Part shown: positions 1 through 11,622 of the stretch, in pieces
How the letters are laid out: each line of letters starts with the position of its first letter
Position numbering within the stretch: position 1 is the stretch's first letter
Origin: Hormiphora californensis
Lineage: Eukaryota; Animalia; Ctenophora
DNA length: 64,000 nucleotides
Reading direction: 5' to 3'
NCBI GenBank assembly: GCA_020137815.1
Contig: CM035352.1
Location: forward strand, 1,612,001 to 1,676,000
The notes under the pieces: generated by a model
The model's database searches: none
What the model saw: only the letters and a program-made list of their open reading frames with translations
What the model was told of the DNA's origin: nothing
Program-made: the position numbers and the translations under genes

Positions 1-154
1 TAGAAGTGTTCATTTATGCAGGTGCTTTTTATGTCTCTTGCAGCTTTCCCTAACTTTTTATGTTCTAATTAATTGGCATAAAGATACTGTATACAACTGC
101 AGTACTAGTCGTCTCCTTTGAATTCACTTTCATCTCCCACCCCGCAGCAGCATC

Positions 155-311
155 ATGTTCCACTCCAACTATCTTGTTGGTACGCCCCTTTTTACCCGCC
201 TGAAGGACCGGCCCAGTAATAAACCATGTTATACGACATCCTGCCTCTCTCGACCCGCTACATGCAGCAGACCGGCAACTGCAAACACTCTCAAACGAGC
301 CGTTACCAAAG
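155..311 (+). CDS. Possible coding exon (MFHSNYLVG...SRPATCSRPATANTLKRAVTK), unknown product
   Basis: ATG at 155, open to donor AAG|gtaatt at 311/312; RPAT repeats resemble the 4293 ORF; downstream exon not found. Confidence 0.3.
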
Positions 312-988
312 GTAATTCTTTTTTATTTTAGAACATGTGTGCATTGGCATGGTATCATGGCTGTCATGGTCAAATTTGTTTCAAATCCCGCACTGTATGA
401 AACGTTGTTTAGAAGTTAGAGATCTGTTGACTATTGAAGTTGTGTAACAACAAAGCTGCACAGTTCATAGCATGTTGGAGATGCCATGCTTGTGTGGACT
501 GTTTAAACGGACATGAGACACAAATCTGAGGCGTGCAGTATATTTGTTTGGAGTGTTTTAGAGTTAGTCTCGAAAGCACATTACCGATCTGCGGTTGGAG
601 CTTATAGTATAGTCCTTTCTAACAATCTCTCTTGCTTTCCATTTTTCTATCATCCAATTTTTTTCTATCATATTCTCAGTCATATTTTCTCTCTCTCTCT
701 CTCACTCTCTCCCTTTCTCTTGTGCCGATGCTAAGCTGGTTAAAATACATGCACGTCAGTACTGGACAGTAGCAGTGCGATTAATTGTTTCTCACTTTCT
801 CCCCCATCTCTCTATCGCTATCTTTTTCCCACTATCTTATAATGCTCCCTCTAAGCTGCTGGCAACTACATTCCTCTCAATGATCATGTTATCCAATTTC
901 TCTGCAGTCGACCACTCACTGATCGTTATAGATTGTTTTTTATTTCAACTACTTCTGGCTAACCTTGCGTTTTCTGCTTACTGTGAAT

Positions 989-1507
989 ATGACTGACACC
1001 GAACAGAACTTCCGTAGCCGAAGAGTCCAGTTTGCGACACCCCGGGTCTCGATTGAGAGTGATCGGAGTGTCATGTCCAGTGGAGCCACATCCGGAGGGG
1101 GTGTTGAGTCACCTGCTGCCTGGAGACGAAACAGCACTGCCTCAATCGTATACAACCTGGAGCAGCAGAAGAGAAAGAAAAAGAAGTGTGCTAAATCGTG
1201 GACTAAGATAAGCCAGAAGATAGAGAGCAGGAGAAGAAAAGAGAGTCAGAGAGTGTTGTCTAGTTGCCGGGAGACCCACTTGCCAGCGCTGGATGTGGAC
1301 GCTGTAAAGCGTGCAACAAGTGCCATCAGGTCTCGTTCTACCGTCCCTCCGGTTCAGGATCCGACCGAGGATGTAGAGGTCCCACTTCGACCATCGACCG
1401 AGCTGAAAAACAGGCTCAGAGACTATAAATTACCGCTTAGTTATAATAACTTTATTGTGCGAGAGTTAGAGGTTCGGTTTAAGGGACCTGCATATTATTC
1501 AGGGTAA
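989..1507 (+). CDS. Orphan basic, Ser/Arg-rich protein (about 172 aa, or first exon of a longer gene)
   Basis: Long non-repetitive ORF from ATG 989; ends at TAA overlapping a good donor AGG|gtaagc (1503/1504); shares motifs with ORF 4293-4844. Confidence 0.6.
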   Translation: MTDTEQNFRSRRVQFATPRVSIESDRSVMSSGATSGGGVESPAAWRRNSTASIVYNLEQQKRKKKKCAKSWTKISQKIESRRRKESQRVLSSCRETHLPALDVDAVKRATSAIRSRSTVPPVQDPTEDVEVPLRPSTELKNRLRDYKLPLSYNNFIVRELEVRFKGPAYYSG

Positions 1508-2116
1508 GCATTGTGTATATTTGAGATTGTGTATGCCATGCTATATAAAATATATTCCCAGATCACGGAGTGTTTTAAAATTAGAAACAAGAATATGTGA
1601 ATTCTTTAATCTTTTACGTAAGCCCTGATCCACCTTACTAAGTGAAAGCCTCACAAAAAATCTGAAGGCTACCCATAGTCGCTCAGTCTACTATGGTTTC
1701 TATTCACGTCCTTAGCTAAAAGAGGGTCGAACATCGGGTTTGGGACTAGACGAGGGTCTTTTTACACTTGTTAAAGCGTCGAGGCTTATTTCACAGAAAC
1801 TGCAACACACAATTGTCTCTCGAACCCTTTGGAGAAGCATCGCGTTGGAAGCTTGCAAGAGAGGTTTTAGAATTTAGGGAATACCACTTTAAAATTTGTC
1901 ATTAAATTTTCCTAGAGCTGTACCTTTCTTTCTGGAAAAGAGGGAAAATGAAAGAACGGACCATCCCCTACCCCGAAAGAAAAAATAAATCGGCGTTAAA
2001 AAAAGGACAGAGCTGCGTCGGAAATTGGAATTGTGAAACACACGTCACTTTTACAACATAATCCATTCAATTCTTTTACAATTGTACGATCCATTTAATT
2101 CCAACGTTTCGCTCGA

Positions 2117-2232
2117 TACAGCTCGTGAAACCTGGGTTAGTTTTGGCGAATAATATATTTCTTGAAATTCAATTGTACAGCTCATGAAACCTGGGTTAGT
2201 TTTGGCGAATAATATATTTCTTGAAATTCAAT
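2117..2232. repeat. Two tandem copies of a 59-bp unit
   Basis: tacagctc(g/a)tgaaacctgggttagttttggcgaataatatatttcttgaaattcaat at 2117 and 2176. Confidence 0.9.
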
Positions 2233-2342
2233 GCCCGTGTTTCTTTAACCCTGGCAAAAGAAATAGTCCAAGGGACTCAATTAAGGGGCTCAAGCCAGTA
2301 GCGTACATGCATTTGTCAAAGTTCAATATTGTGGATCGGGTA

Positions 2343-2540
2343 AGAAGAGAGTAGAAAGAGAGCGTGTTGGGAAGAAGGAGGGATGGACAGAGCAGAGAGT
2401 AGAAAGAGAGCGTGTTGGGAAGAAGGAGGGATGGACAGAGCAGAGAAGAGAGTAGAAAGAGAGCGTGTTGGGAAGAAGGAGGGATGGACAGAGAAGAGAG
2501 TAGAAAGAGAGCGTGTTGGGAAGAAGGAGGGATGGACAGA
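2343..2540. repeat. Purine-rich minisatellite, about 50-bp unit x4
   Basis: Repeated agagtagaaagagagcgtgttgggaagaaggagggatggacagag. Confidence 0.9.
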
Positions 2541-2749
2541 GCTGCGGGAGAGTTGGGAATGGGTACTGCAGATTTATGCAGTATAGCCTAGCTGGGATGC
2601 TAAAAATGCATATTAATTTGTCATAGCTTAGCGGGTGGGGTGAAACCGATCCCTACCCTCCCTCCATTTCTATCTTGAAGCAGGAATTTCTTGGGCAATT
2701 TTTCTCTCGCCGTAAACGTTATCTTTCCAATCCCAACATCGTTTTTCTC

Positions 2750-3250
2750 CAAGATGGGCTTGAATCGTGCTTAATAGACAGATGGGTTACAGACGTGCGG
2801 TTTTACAAGTCTTAACCATTTTAGACAGAGTTAGATGGCACGTTGCGGAGTTAGACTAAATCAGACGAAACTTCTGAAACAAACACGTTTCGGAAGTTCA
2901 GTCTGATTTCAGAAATTCCGTATGATTTCAGAAGTTCCGTATGATTTCAGAAGTTCCGTATGATTTCAGAAGTTCCGTATGATTTCAGAAGTTCCGCCTG
3001 ATTTCAGAAGTTCCGTATGATTTCAGAAGTTCCGTATGATTTCAGAAGTTCCGTATGATTTCAGAAGTCCGTCTAAACATCGTCTAAAAACGTCTGTAAC
3101 CCGTTTCAAGCTTCATTCAAGCCCGTCCGACTCCGTCTCAAGCCCGTATAGACTAGACGGTGGAACGACGTCCAGACATCGTTTGCGGCTATTGCGAAAT
3201 TGCCACTTTCTTGTTTACCAGTTCCATCCTAAGCGATAATTGCAAAACTA
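2750..3250. mobile_element. Degenerate repeat related to the 60257-61004 element, containing a 19-bp tandem array (about 2905-3067)
   Basis: About 9 copies of gatttcagaagttccgtat; the reverse complement (ctgaaatcagacggaac) and aagcccgta motifs recur at 60.3-60.8 kb. Confidence 0.55.
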
Positions 3251-3620
3251 CGAGCTGGGTTAATAAGCATAAACCATTATCATGTGATGGCGGCAATATT
3301 CCAACCCAAAACAGTTGGGTTCAAACCCTGTACTCAAAAGAGGGTTGAATAAGGCAAGGGATGGATGTGAAGCATGTATTTGAAGTACACATGATCTTCC
3401 TACACTACTACACGTAATGGGTGCATGCAATTATTCAAACACAACAGGTGGCCTCACATTCTCTGATCCCTTTACTTTCCTTCTATTTCTCTCTTCCATT
3501 TTTGTGTGCTTGGCACCTCCATCCACCATCGAACACCAATAAGCAGCGCCATAACACTGCCCCCACTCACTTTTTCGGTGAGTCCGATGGTCGATAGCTT
3601 GTTTTAATTCTCTCTATCTA

Positions 3621-3674
<54 letters not shown>

Positions 3675-4292
3675 CCCCATTCTCTTGTCTTCCTTGCATG
3701 CTTGTGAGAGGGCTATTTTACAAAGAGTAGAATAGTAGTGTTGTGTGTGGGCTGTGTCACAGAGTGCACCAATTGTTTTTTCTTTCTCTCAGTCCCTCTT
3801 CCTCTCTCTTTCTCTCAGTCCATCTCCCTCTCCCTCTCTCTCAGTCCATCTCTCTCTCTCTCTCTCTCTCATCTCCCTCTCTCTTTCTCTCAGTCTATCT
3901 CTCTATCTCTCAGTATCAATTGCTCATTCTCATATATTTCTTACAGCCGACAATTACAATTTTTCTCTTTTTGATTTCGTCTCCTTTGCGGAAGAGGTAA
4001 GTGTGCTAATCAAAGGCTGATTCATTCTCTGAATTTCTGTATGCTGATTTAGCGATTTTCTGGAAGTTTAACAGTGCTTATATCATAACCCGTCATACCT
4101 GGTAACATTTAGTGATTTGTCAAACTGAATTCAATTTTATAACCAGAATTTATGATTAATGAAACTAGATGATTTGTCATCTTCCTTATATGATAAATAT
4201 TTAATGTATAATGTTAATAGATATCTTAAATACGTCTCCCTCTCGGTCTCAGGCATATCGTAACTGAATTCCCCGTTTCAGATTCGCTAAAA

Positions 4293-4844
4293 ATGAACGG
4301 TACTGTATCCCGGCCGAAGTCACAACCTGCATCTGACCACAAGCTTATCCATGGGAACAGAATGAGACAGGACACTCGCTCAGCCCCCGCTAACAAATCT
4401 CGCACCGCGGCAGTAACCGGTAGCAGGCCTCAAACCAGATCTCGGCCTGCAACGCGAACGAGACCAGCTACCCGGGGCTCAACAACAAGTCACGGCTGGA
4501 AAACACCCGCTCTCCCAGAGGCTCATCTGGCCGTTCTAGACTGGGGCAAGGCCAGGGAAATTAAGGCACCAATATTCAGCCGGAGATTGAGGCACTGCGG
4601 GACCGTTAAAAACGCGGAGAGAACGGAGGTCAGCGTTCTTCAACCGTATCCTATGAACTACAACACTTTCCTGGTGCAGTCGCTGAGAAAAGATTTGAGC
4701 AGTTTGTACGTCACTCCCCCTCACCTTGTCATCACGAGAGATGCAGACACCCCGGCATCCGGGAAATGCAGCTACGAAACATCTGAAGATGACGAGAACG
4801 ATAGGATTTCTATAGACAGTGCTACCTGGTGGAAAATGACCTGA
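4293..4844 (+). CDS. Orphan basic protein with RPAT repeats, 183 aa
   Basis: Complete ORF; candidate 5'UTR intron 3997-4281 (GAG|gtaagt ... tttcag|) following a CT-rich leader. Confidence 0.7.
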   Translation: MNGTVSRPKSQPASDHKLIHGNRMRQDTRSAPANKSRTAAVTGSRPQTRSRPATRTRPATRGSTTSHGWKTPALPEAHLAVLDWGKAREIKAPIFSRRLRHCGTVKNAERTEVSVLQPYPMNYNTFLVQSLRKDLSSLYVTPPHLVITRDADTPASGKCSYETSEDDENDRISIDSATWWKMT

Positions 4845-5138
4845 GAACTGGTGCAGAGAGAAGGAAGATACAGAGCAGACTAGCTTGAAGAGCTGTCAAT
4901 ACCATACATCTGTTATTATTCTGTCCTGTCTGGCATGGCGGATCCCATCTGAGCGCACTGTTGAATCAAATCGGGGTATGGTGCAGACAAGAGCTGTCCA
5001 TGGGATTGTAGGAATATTATAGAGGCTATTCGTCGGAGAAAATTATTCCCCCCCCCCCCCGACGAGTGAGGGTCGCGAACCGTGACTATAACTATGACAT
5101 TGGCATAATCTCCATCCAACTGTATTTCCAGTCTCCAG

Positions 5139-5177
<39 letters not shown>

Positions 5178-5784
5178 TTTCTTGCTATTCTATGTGGGAG
5201 GCTTACTTAGATAATTTCTGTCTGATCTAAATCAGTGAATCCTCTTGAAAACCTAGTAACTATGACAAGCGTGGTTTATTGGTTATTCGTGGGAGGTCTC
5301 GGTCCTGTATGCACATATTATAATTATTCAAAGGTACCTTTTTGGCGTTTTAGGAACATAATTTGTCATACGTCTCTCTAGGTCGGCGTCGTTAGACAGG
5401 CTATTATGCATGACGTCTAGTAAGGCAGTCCTGGGTATGAAAAAAGGAAATCCTTTAAAAAACTTGTAGAATTAGAATACGACAAGAATATATTTTAACT
5501 ACAGATTTTCGCCCACGTGTCGACCGATTTTCTGCTATATTCGGATTCGGAAAACGTAGTTTGAACCGTTTCTATGATTTGTAGTGCATTGAATGCAGTT
5601 ACATATTATAAAGCTCTTGCGACTCAAGGATGCAATTCAACTTCGTAAATCTGAATCGTTCAGTAATTTGAGTATGAGTAGTATGGAATTATACTGAGCT
5701 GTGATGATAGAGAGATGATGTTACTATTGACACTGTTTAGTTGAGACACAATATGATCTTTTAAAGTTTTAAAACACACTCGTC

Positions 5785-8332
5785 ATGTTTTCCTTTGTTT
5801 CGCTGTTACTTGTTACACCAGTGGTGGCATCCCAATCAGGTACTGTAACAGTCGGACACCCAATTACCGGGCAAAAACCTTCCCCCAACTCTCGTTATGT
5901 AGTAGCCGACAAAACCGTGTGCACTAGGGGACTGCTTATATGTGCTTACATGCCAAGCAAAAACTTTTGGGATAAAGAAAAGGGGTTCAATAGAATTTGA
6001 ACCTAGCCCATGCACAGATTGTTGAGATTTTTCATCACAGCAGGAGTATTGAGCGAGGTTGCTGAAAACTGCTACACAGCATGTGACAAATGTACGAACC
6101 GTGACTGTGTCCAAGACGTTAAACTAGAGTCCGGGGCTCTGACAATAGTCTACCCTACTCCATCGTTCTCTGACTCAACCAGATATGTGAACTTCTACAG
6201 CGCAACTGAGCATCTGGGGTGGTTCGTGTTCGATTTTGATACAGGTTCGTGGGCTGCATTGTCTCTCTCCTTGTGGGCCATTATCTCGTTAGATCAGTAC
6301 AACCACGCTTATGTTTCGGATACCAGATGTTTAGTTCATAAAATCCGTTTTCCATGTAAGAGTCGGTAAAGATACCATCTACCCAATATTGTAACAGTAC
6401 ATCCTCGGGTCACACTTGATCCAGGACTTGAACCAAGACTTGAACCACAATGTACATATTCCAGGTGTATATCTCCACAAATGTGGTCTTTGGAAAGGTT
6501 TTACCAACACCCCAGCTATTAATTCGACTGAACTGCGGGAGTGGAGGATTGAAAAGAGTGAAACGGAATTTTACCTTTGGCTCAATGGACAGCTAGTTTA
6601 TTGGCTAAATGTTTATGGGTAGGTGAAACACTATCGTGATATTTAAAATTTTAATTAAATTTTTCGAAATTCACTCAAATTTTGTCGTCATTGTATCAAG
6701 TTATCCTATTTGCCACATAATTTGCGACTGATTATTCGGTTGTCAATGAAATGAAGTTATCGAAAATTTCCTTGAGTGACGCGATATATTCTAAATTCAG
6801 GCCATACATGTTATGTCATCCTTTTATGCTCCGATTTTAGAAACTTATCATGAATTTGACAACTAAACCACATCACTGCGCTGGCAAGCGCAAAGGTTGC
6901 CATCCCCCCCCCTCAAAAAGCGCCGCCAGAAACTCAGTTATACGTTTTATGGGTGTTTGGTTGAAAAACCTGATTTTAGAAGGCTATAGCGCCGCTCCCT
7001 TTCATCCATTTGACTTGAAATTCGGAATGTATACCCGGCTTGGGGTCTTTGACTTAAGTTTAAAATGTCAAGTCTCTATCTCATCTGGGTTCGAAGTTAC
7101 AGACCGGTCCCATTTGCTGAAGATTCAGTGTAACGGACGCGTACAGGCGCGCGCATAGGAGAGACGCTTTTTCTGGTCCCAGTTCTGAACAAACGGAAAG
7201 AGATAGAGACTTCTCGTTTTCACTAGCTTGTAGATCTACTCAATTATGGTGTTATTAGCGGGGTGAAGTTTTCCATCATTCCCAGGAACGTCCTACAGAA
7301 CGTCTTAAAGTCGTCATTTTTCAAACTCTGATCAAACTTCTTTGAGCTCAATTTACATCCTGAAGACGGATTCTAATCGAAAAACAAAGACTATATTATG
7401 GAAAGAGAATTGTCTGAACTTTCAGAAACTATATTGCGAATTTTCAAAACTAGATGTATAACGGTCTTAAAACGCGTCTAAAGTGTTATGACTGTTTAAA
7501 ATTAGTTATGACGATATGGGTTTTTTCGCCATAGCGGACTCAAATCTAATTCAATCAATCTCAAACTTGGTCAGTATCTTCGTCTAGGTAATCCCGATAA
7601 TATGACGTCATAATTTTGACGTCATAACGTCGTGACGTCGCATTATGACGTCAACATGACGTCAAAAATTAAAATTTTGCTATTTTGTGATTCTAACCTT
7701 TCTGCACCTAATCTACTACATCTACATGGATAAAAAATCACAAAAATGATGCATATTATACCAAAACTAATTGAAATTAGTGGGCCGGAAAGGTTGCCCT
7801 ACTATTTGAGCTACCTTTGGCACCAGTACATTCCCCTGCGAAGATATACGAAGCTTCTGTACCCTGTCTGTACCCTGTGAATGGTAAGGTGGCAAAGGTA
7901 GCTCAAATAGTAGGGCAACCTTTCCGGCCCACTAATTTCAATTAGTTTTGGTATAATACATACCATACTGATTATAACATCCCCCGTTACTAGTGTCAGT
8001 GAAAAGTGTTCGGGTATTTGGGGTGGCAATTACAATCACGGGAGTAGGCATTTAGCGGACTAACCAGTGCATTATGGTACTACGAAGAGGCATCATTCTG
8101 GAGACCCGATAAACTCCAACCACCTTCCCCATTCACAGTTCTAAATACTACCACCGTTCCTATTACACAACCTCCTCCTCCTCCTCCTCCTGTTTACGGT
8201 ATTATTGTTGTATTTTACAGCTATACATTGTCAATGCTGAATACTACGGTATTTTTCCAAATCCACATTGTCAATTTGTCAAAGTATGTCACATGTATTG
8301 TTATGGCTGTCTCTGTCTTAGTGAGTTCATAG
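5785..8332 (+). CDS. Secreted or membrane-anchored beta-rich protein with Pro/Thr stalk; exons 5785-5839, 6041-6244, 6465-6618, 7994-8332; two apparent +1 errors near 8030-8048
   Basis: Signal peptide MFSFVSLLLVTPVVAS; phase-compatible GT-AG junctions (1,1,2); last exon reads SEKCSGIWGGNTITGVAFSGLTSALWYYEEASFWRPDK...QPPPPPPP after removing two single bases; 3' end uncertain. Confidence 0.6.
7754..7958. mobile_element. About 200-bp MITE-like palindrome in an intron
   Basis: About 68-bp arms tattataccaaaactaattgaaattagtgggccggaaaggttgccc... and their reverse complement ending ...agttttggtataata. Confidence 0.85.
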
Positions 8333-8521
8333 TAGTCGGTTTTAGTTTACTAACTCAGATATCCCCCTCCCCCTGATATATTTCTATGTAAACGCGATCC
8401 TCTGGTTTGTATACTACAATCAACCATTGTTTTCAACTGAAGATGCATAATATATTATGTGGACACAGCTTTTAAATCGCTGTTAAAAGAATTTGCCGAA
8501 AGTAACATGTTCAATATCTCA

Positions 8522-9097
8522 CTAGTCAGAGTCAGTTAAATTGTCATCTAAACAAATATAGATCTGACAGCACGGGTTGGAGGGGTGTGTTATAAGGCGG
8601 GGAAGCTTGCAGTTCTTGGGCGGTCGTGGCTTTGATGGACACTGTGGCATACACGTCTCTCCGCCGGAGAAACAGAAGCACCTAACTTCACAGTCCTCGT
8701 ATAGTAATTCCCCCTCCGGTACTAGCTCCCCCTCAGCCGTCAGACAGGAATCTACCGAGAGAAGGTAATTATTCATTCACAATGCTCTGACAGCTGCAGC
8801 TTTGTCACAAAGTAGTTATTCATAATTGAGGAGAATTTAATGACTTCTTCTTTGTAATTCGCAGGCTTTTTTTTCTTCAAAAAAAGGTTCCAAGACAATA
8901 AAGGTAGTAAAGCCTATAGTATATAGTAGTATTATAGCCTACTAGTTAAACTACCTGTATTTTCTCGGAACCTTTACTATAGGCAGTTTCCGAGAAAGAC
9001 GGTTACCTTCAGCTGGAGTTGGGCTTGTCGATGTGAAGGCTGGCATTGGGGTGACAAGGCAAACCATCAGTAGAGATAGCACAAGAAGCAGCAGCAT
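8522..9097 (-). CDS. Small secreted single von Willebrand type C (VWC) domain protein, about 106 aa; exons 9097-9007 and 8751-8522
   Basis: Signal peptide MLLLLVLSLLMVCLVTP; phase-1 intron G|gtaacc ... ggtag|AT; Cys pattern C..CEVRCFC...CMPQC...C..PR......PCCQIYIC. Confidence 0.85.
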
Positions 9098-9177
9098 GGT
9101 GGAATATATTAGAACTGGAGACGATCAATAGTGTATAGGGACAGATGGGCTATATAGAGAGAGGGGAAGGGAGAGAG

Positions 9178-9239
<62 letters not shown>

Positions 9240-9978
9240 GATAGAGAGAAGATGATAGTCATGCGACTCATAGTCGAGAACGATACTTGGCTGTTAGCAT
9301 TGACTGCGATCGTACTAGTCTCGTCTCTGTCTCTAGTCTGTATACATTCCTCTGATCTTACGGGTACTAGCTCTTGACTGGATCTCTCGTTAGCATCTAG
9401 ATCCGTAGTGAGTGAGAGCTGAAGACGAGTGCAAGTGCGTAGAGGGATGACGGCGCGAAGAGAGAGAGAGAAGTACGCATGTAGGGACGCTATTATCAAG
9501 TCGAAGAAACTAGAAAGTAGACTGGCTATAGAGAGATCGTCTAAAGGGAGAGAGGTGGGTGATAGTTATTAGTATGAGTGCGTCATGAGAGAGAGCCCAC
9601 TACGTCTCATTAAACAATGCGAATGGTTTCATGTGTGGTGATTTCTTGCTAAACAAAGACTTGCCTATATTATCTTAAGAGGTGCTGTAGTATAGTATTC
9701 ATGTGCGCATGAGCTAGAGACCACTAGTTACATTACATCGTCAGTATTTCGTGTAGGTGTTTTGTAACTGTTTCTATTTATAGTGCGAATCATTGGCCTG
9801 TGGAACACTGAGGTAGCTTCTGGTAGTTGCTCAACCTTGAGTTGATTTATGAAACGAAAACATGTGGGTGCCTTGAACAGGGTCACTCTAGTACTGTATG
9901 TTATGCACGTTTCCCTTACAAGGCTAATGGGTTAAATGCCGTCAGACTGAAACGCAAGAACACACAGCTAATCATGCT

Positions 9979-10731
9979 ATCTGCCTTACATGAAAGGAAC
10001 CTCTATCCGTGATAGAAATATGCTGTTCTTTTTATATGACATCCCTTGCTTCCCATAAAACTATTCCAGTTAAAGGTTGATCATGATTACGTAATGTGGC
10101 CGCATGGCGAGGAGGCATCGCGGCGGTGCTTACGGTGACTGATTTTATTTTACAATTCTATGAACCCTTTATAGAACTGAAGAAGGTTGTAAAATAACCC
10201 CTCGACACAGTAGAAAACTACCATTTAAAATTTTTAATAGAGATCAGTATCACTTTACAATTCTCTACTCATATCACTACCAAGTTAGGTTTCCTTTTGC
10301 ATCAAAAGTAAATTGTGGTCTCTTAGAGTAAACCTGACTTCCTCAGTAAGTGTTTTAAGAACTCCCATACCCGATATGACAGCACTCAACTGCAATTCTC
10401 AGACTCCTCCCAAGGGCCTCCTTACTAGTGTATCTCGGCAGCTTGAGGGTGTAGAAGCATGTCTGTGCCCTGGGTAAACTATCGACTGGACTAACAGGAC
10501 ACATGGACAACTTTAGAGTACTGTTGAAACTCTGAAACCCTCCGTAAGGGACCCTCTGGTAGGCAGTCCAGAAGTGAAGTAGTTTGAAGGCCATCTTTCC
10601 TTGTTTAGCAAACTCCCCCACTACCTCCCAGAACCAATCAACAACCTCCCCCTGGCCTTCCTGATCCGGCCCACAGTCGGAATGTGCCCTCCAGTCAGCC
10701 ACATCAATTATGGGCTCCCCGCACATGATAT
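9979..10731 (-). pseudogene. Tandem partial duplicate of the HECT gene 3' end (C-lobe coding 10731-10355 plus downstream sequence)
   Basis: Collinear with 10729-11996; 123-aa ORF almost identical to the HECT C-terminus. Confidence 0.85.
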
Positions 10732-11030
10732 CTGCCTTACATGAAGGGAACCTCTATCCGTGATAGGAATATACCGTTCTTTTATATGACATCCCTTACT
10801 TCCCAGAAGACTATTCCAGTTAAAAGTTTATCATGTTTAACTCACTTTAACTAGCGGAAAGGTTGATCATGATTCAGAGGTTTACGTAATGTGTCCGCAT
10901 GCCGAGGAGGCATCGCGGCGGTGCTTAAGGTGACCGATTTTATTTCACGATTCTATTCTATGAACCCTTTATAGAACTGAAGAAGGTTGTAAAATAACCC
11001 CTCGCACAGTAGAAAACTACCATTTAAAAT

Positions 11031-11475
11031 TTTTTCCCTGCCCGGGTGAATGCCGAAGGCATTCACCCGGATGCCTTTTTACTTTGTAAAAAGGCATAGC
11101 AGGGTTAGAATTCGAAAACGACATTTTGGTATACTAACTAATCGGTAGAGGGACATTTTTGGTCACACTTTAGTTGCGAGGGGCAACGGTGTAGCAACAA
11201 GAGCCGCGCACACAGTTACGAGCTGCTCCTTCATAAACCACTTCATTGGCACGTTTTCAGGAAATGTGTGGCGCGCAATGTGGCGGCGTGGCGCGCAATT
11301 TAGTGCTACTAAAACACAAGGATTTGCTCTAAACTGTTTGTGTGATATATAAATGATCGGGATTTTGTGTCCCGCTTGCTGCTACAGCGGATCTGGTCAT
11401 GATTTCCTTTCTTCATAGATTCACATGGCAGGGAAATTCAGCATTATGTTAGAACATAATGCAATTAATCTTGTT
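11031..11475 (+). mobile_element. Helentron-associated (HINE/DINE-1-like) non-autonomous element
   Basis: Absent from the duplicate copy (empty site aaaatttttaatag near 10230); inserted in a T run without TSD; subterminal inverted repeat ttccctgcc/ggcagggaa; 3' hairpin gcattatgtt-aga-acataatgc then ttgtt. Confidence 0.8.
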
Positions 11476-11622
11476 AATAGAGATCAGTATCACTTTACAA
11501 TTCTCTACTCATATCACTACCAAGTTAGGTTTCCTTTGGTGTCAAAAGTAAATTGTGTTATCTTTATATATCCCTAAGATTTGTGGTCTCTTAGAGTAAA
11601 CCTGACTTCCTCAGTAAGTGTT

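Noticed and set aside
6850-7158. 102-aa ORF inside the intron of the secreted-protein gene
   Set aside because: Lies in repeat-like sequence with a terminal hairpin; no protein features
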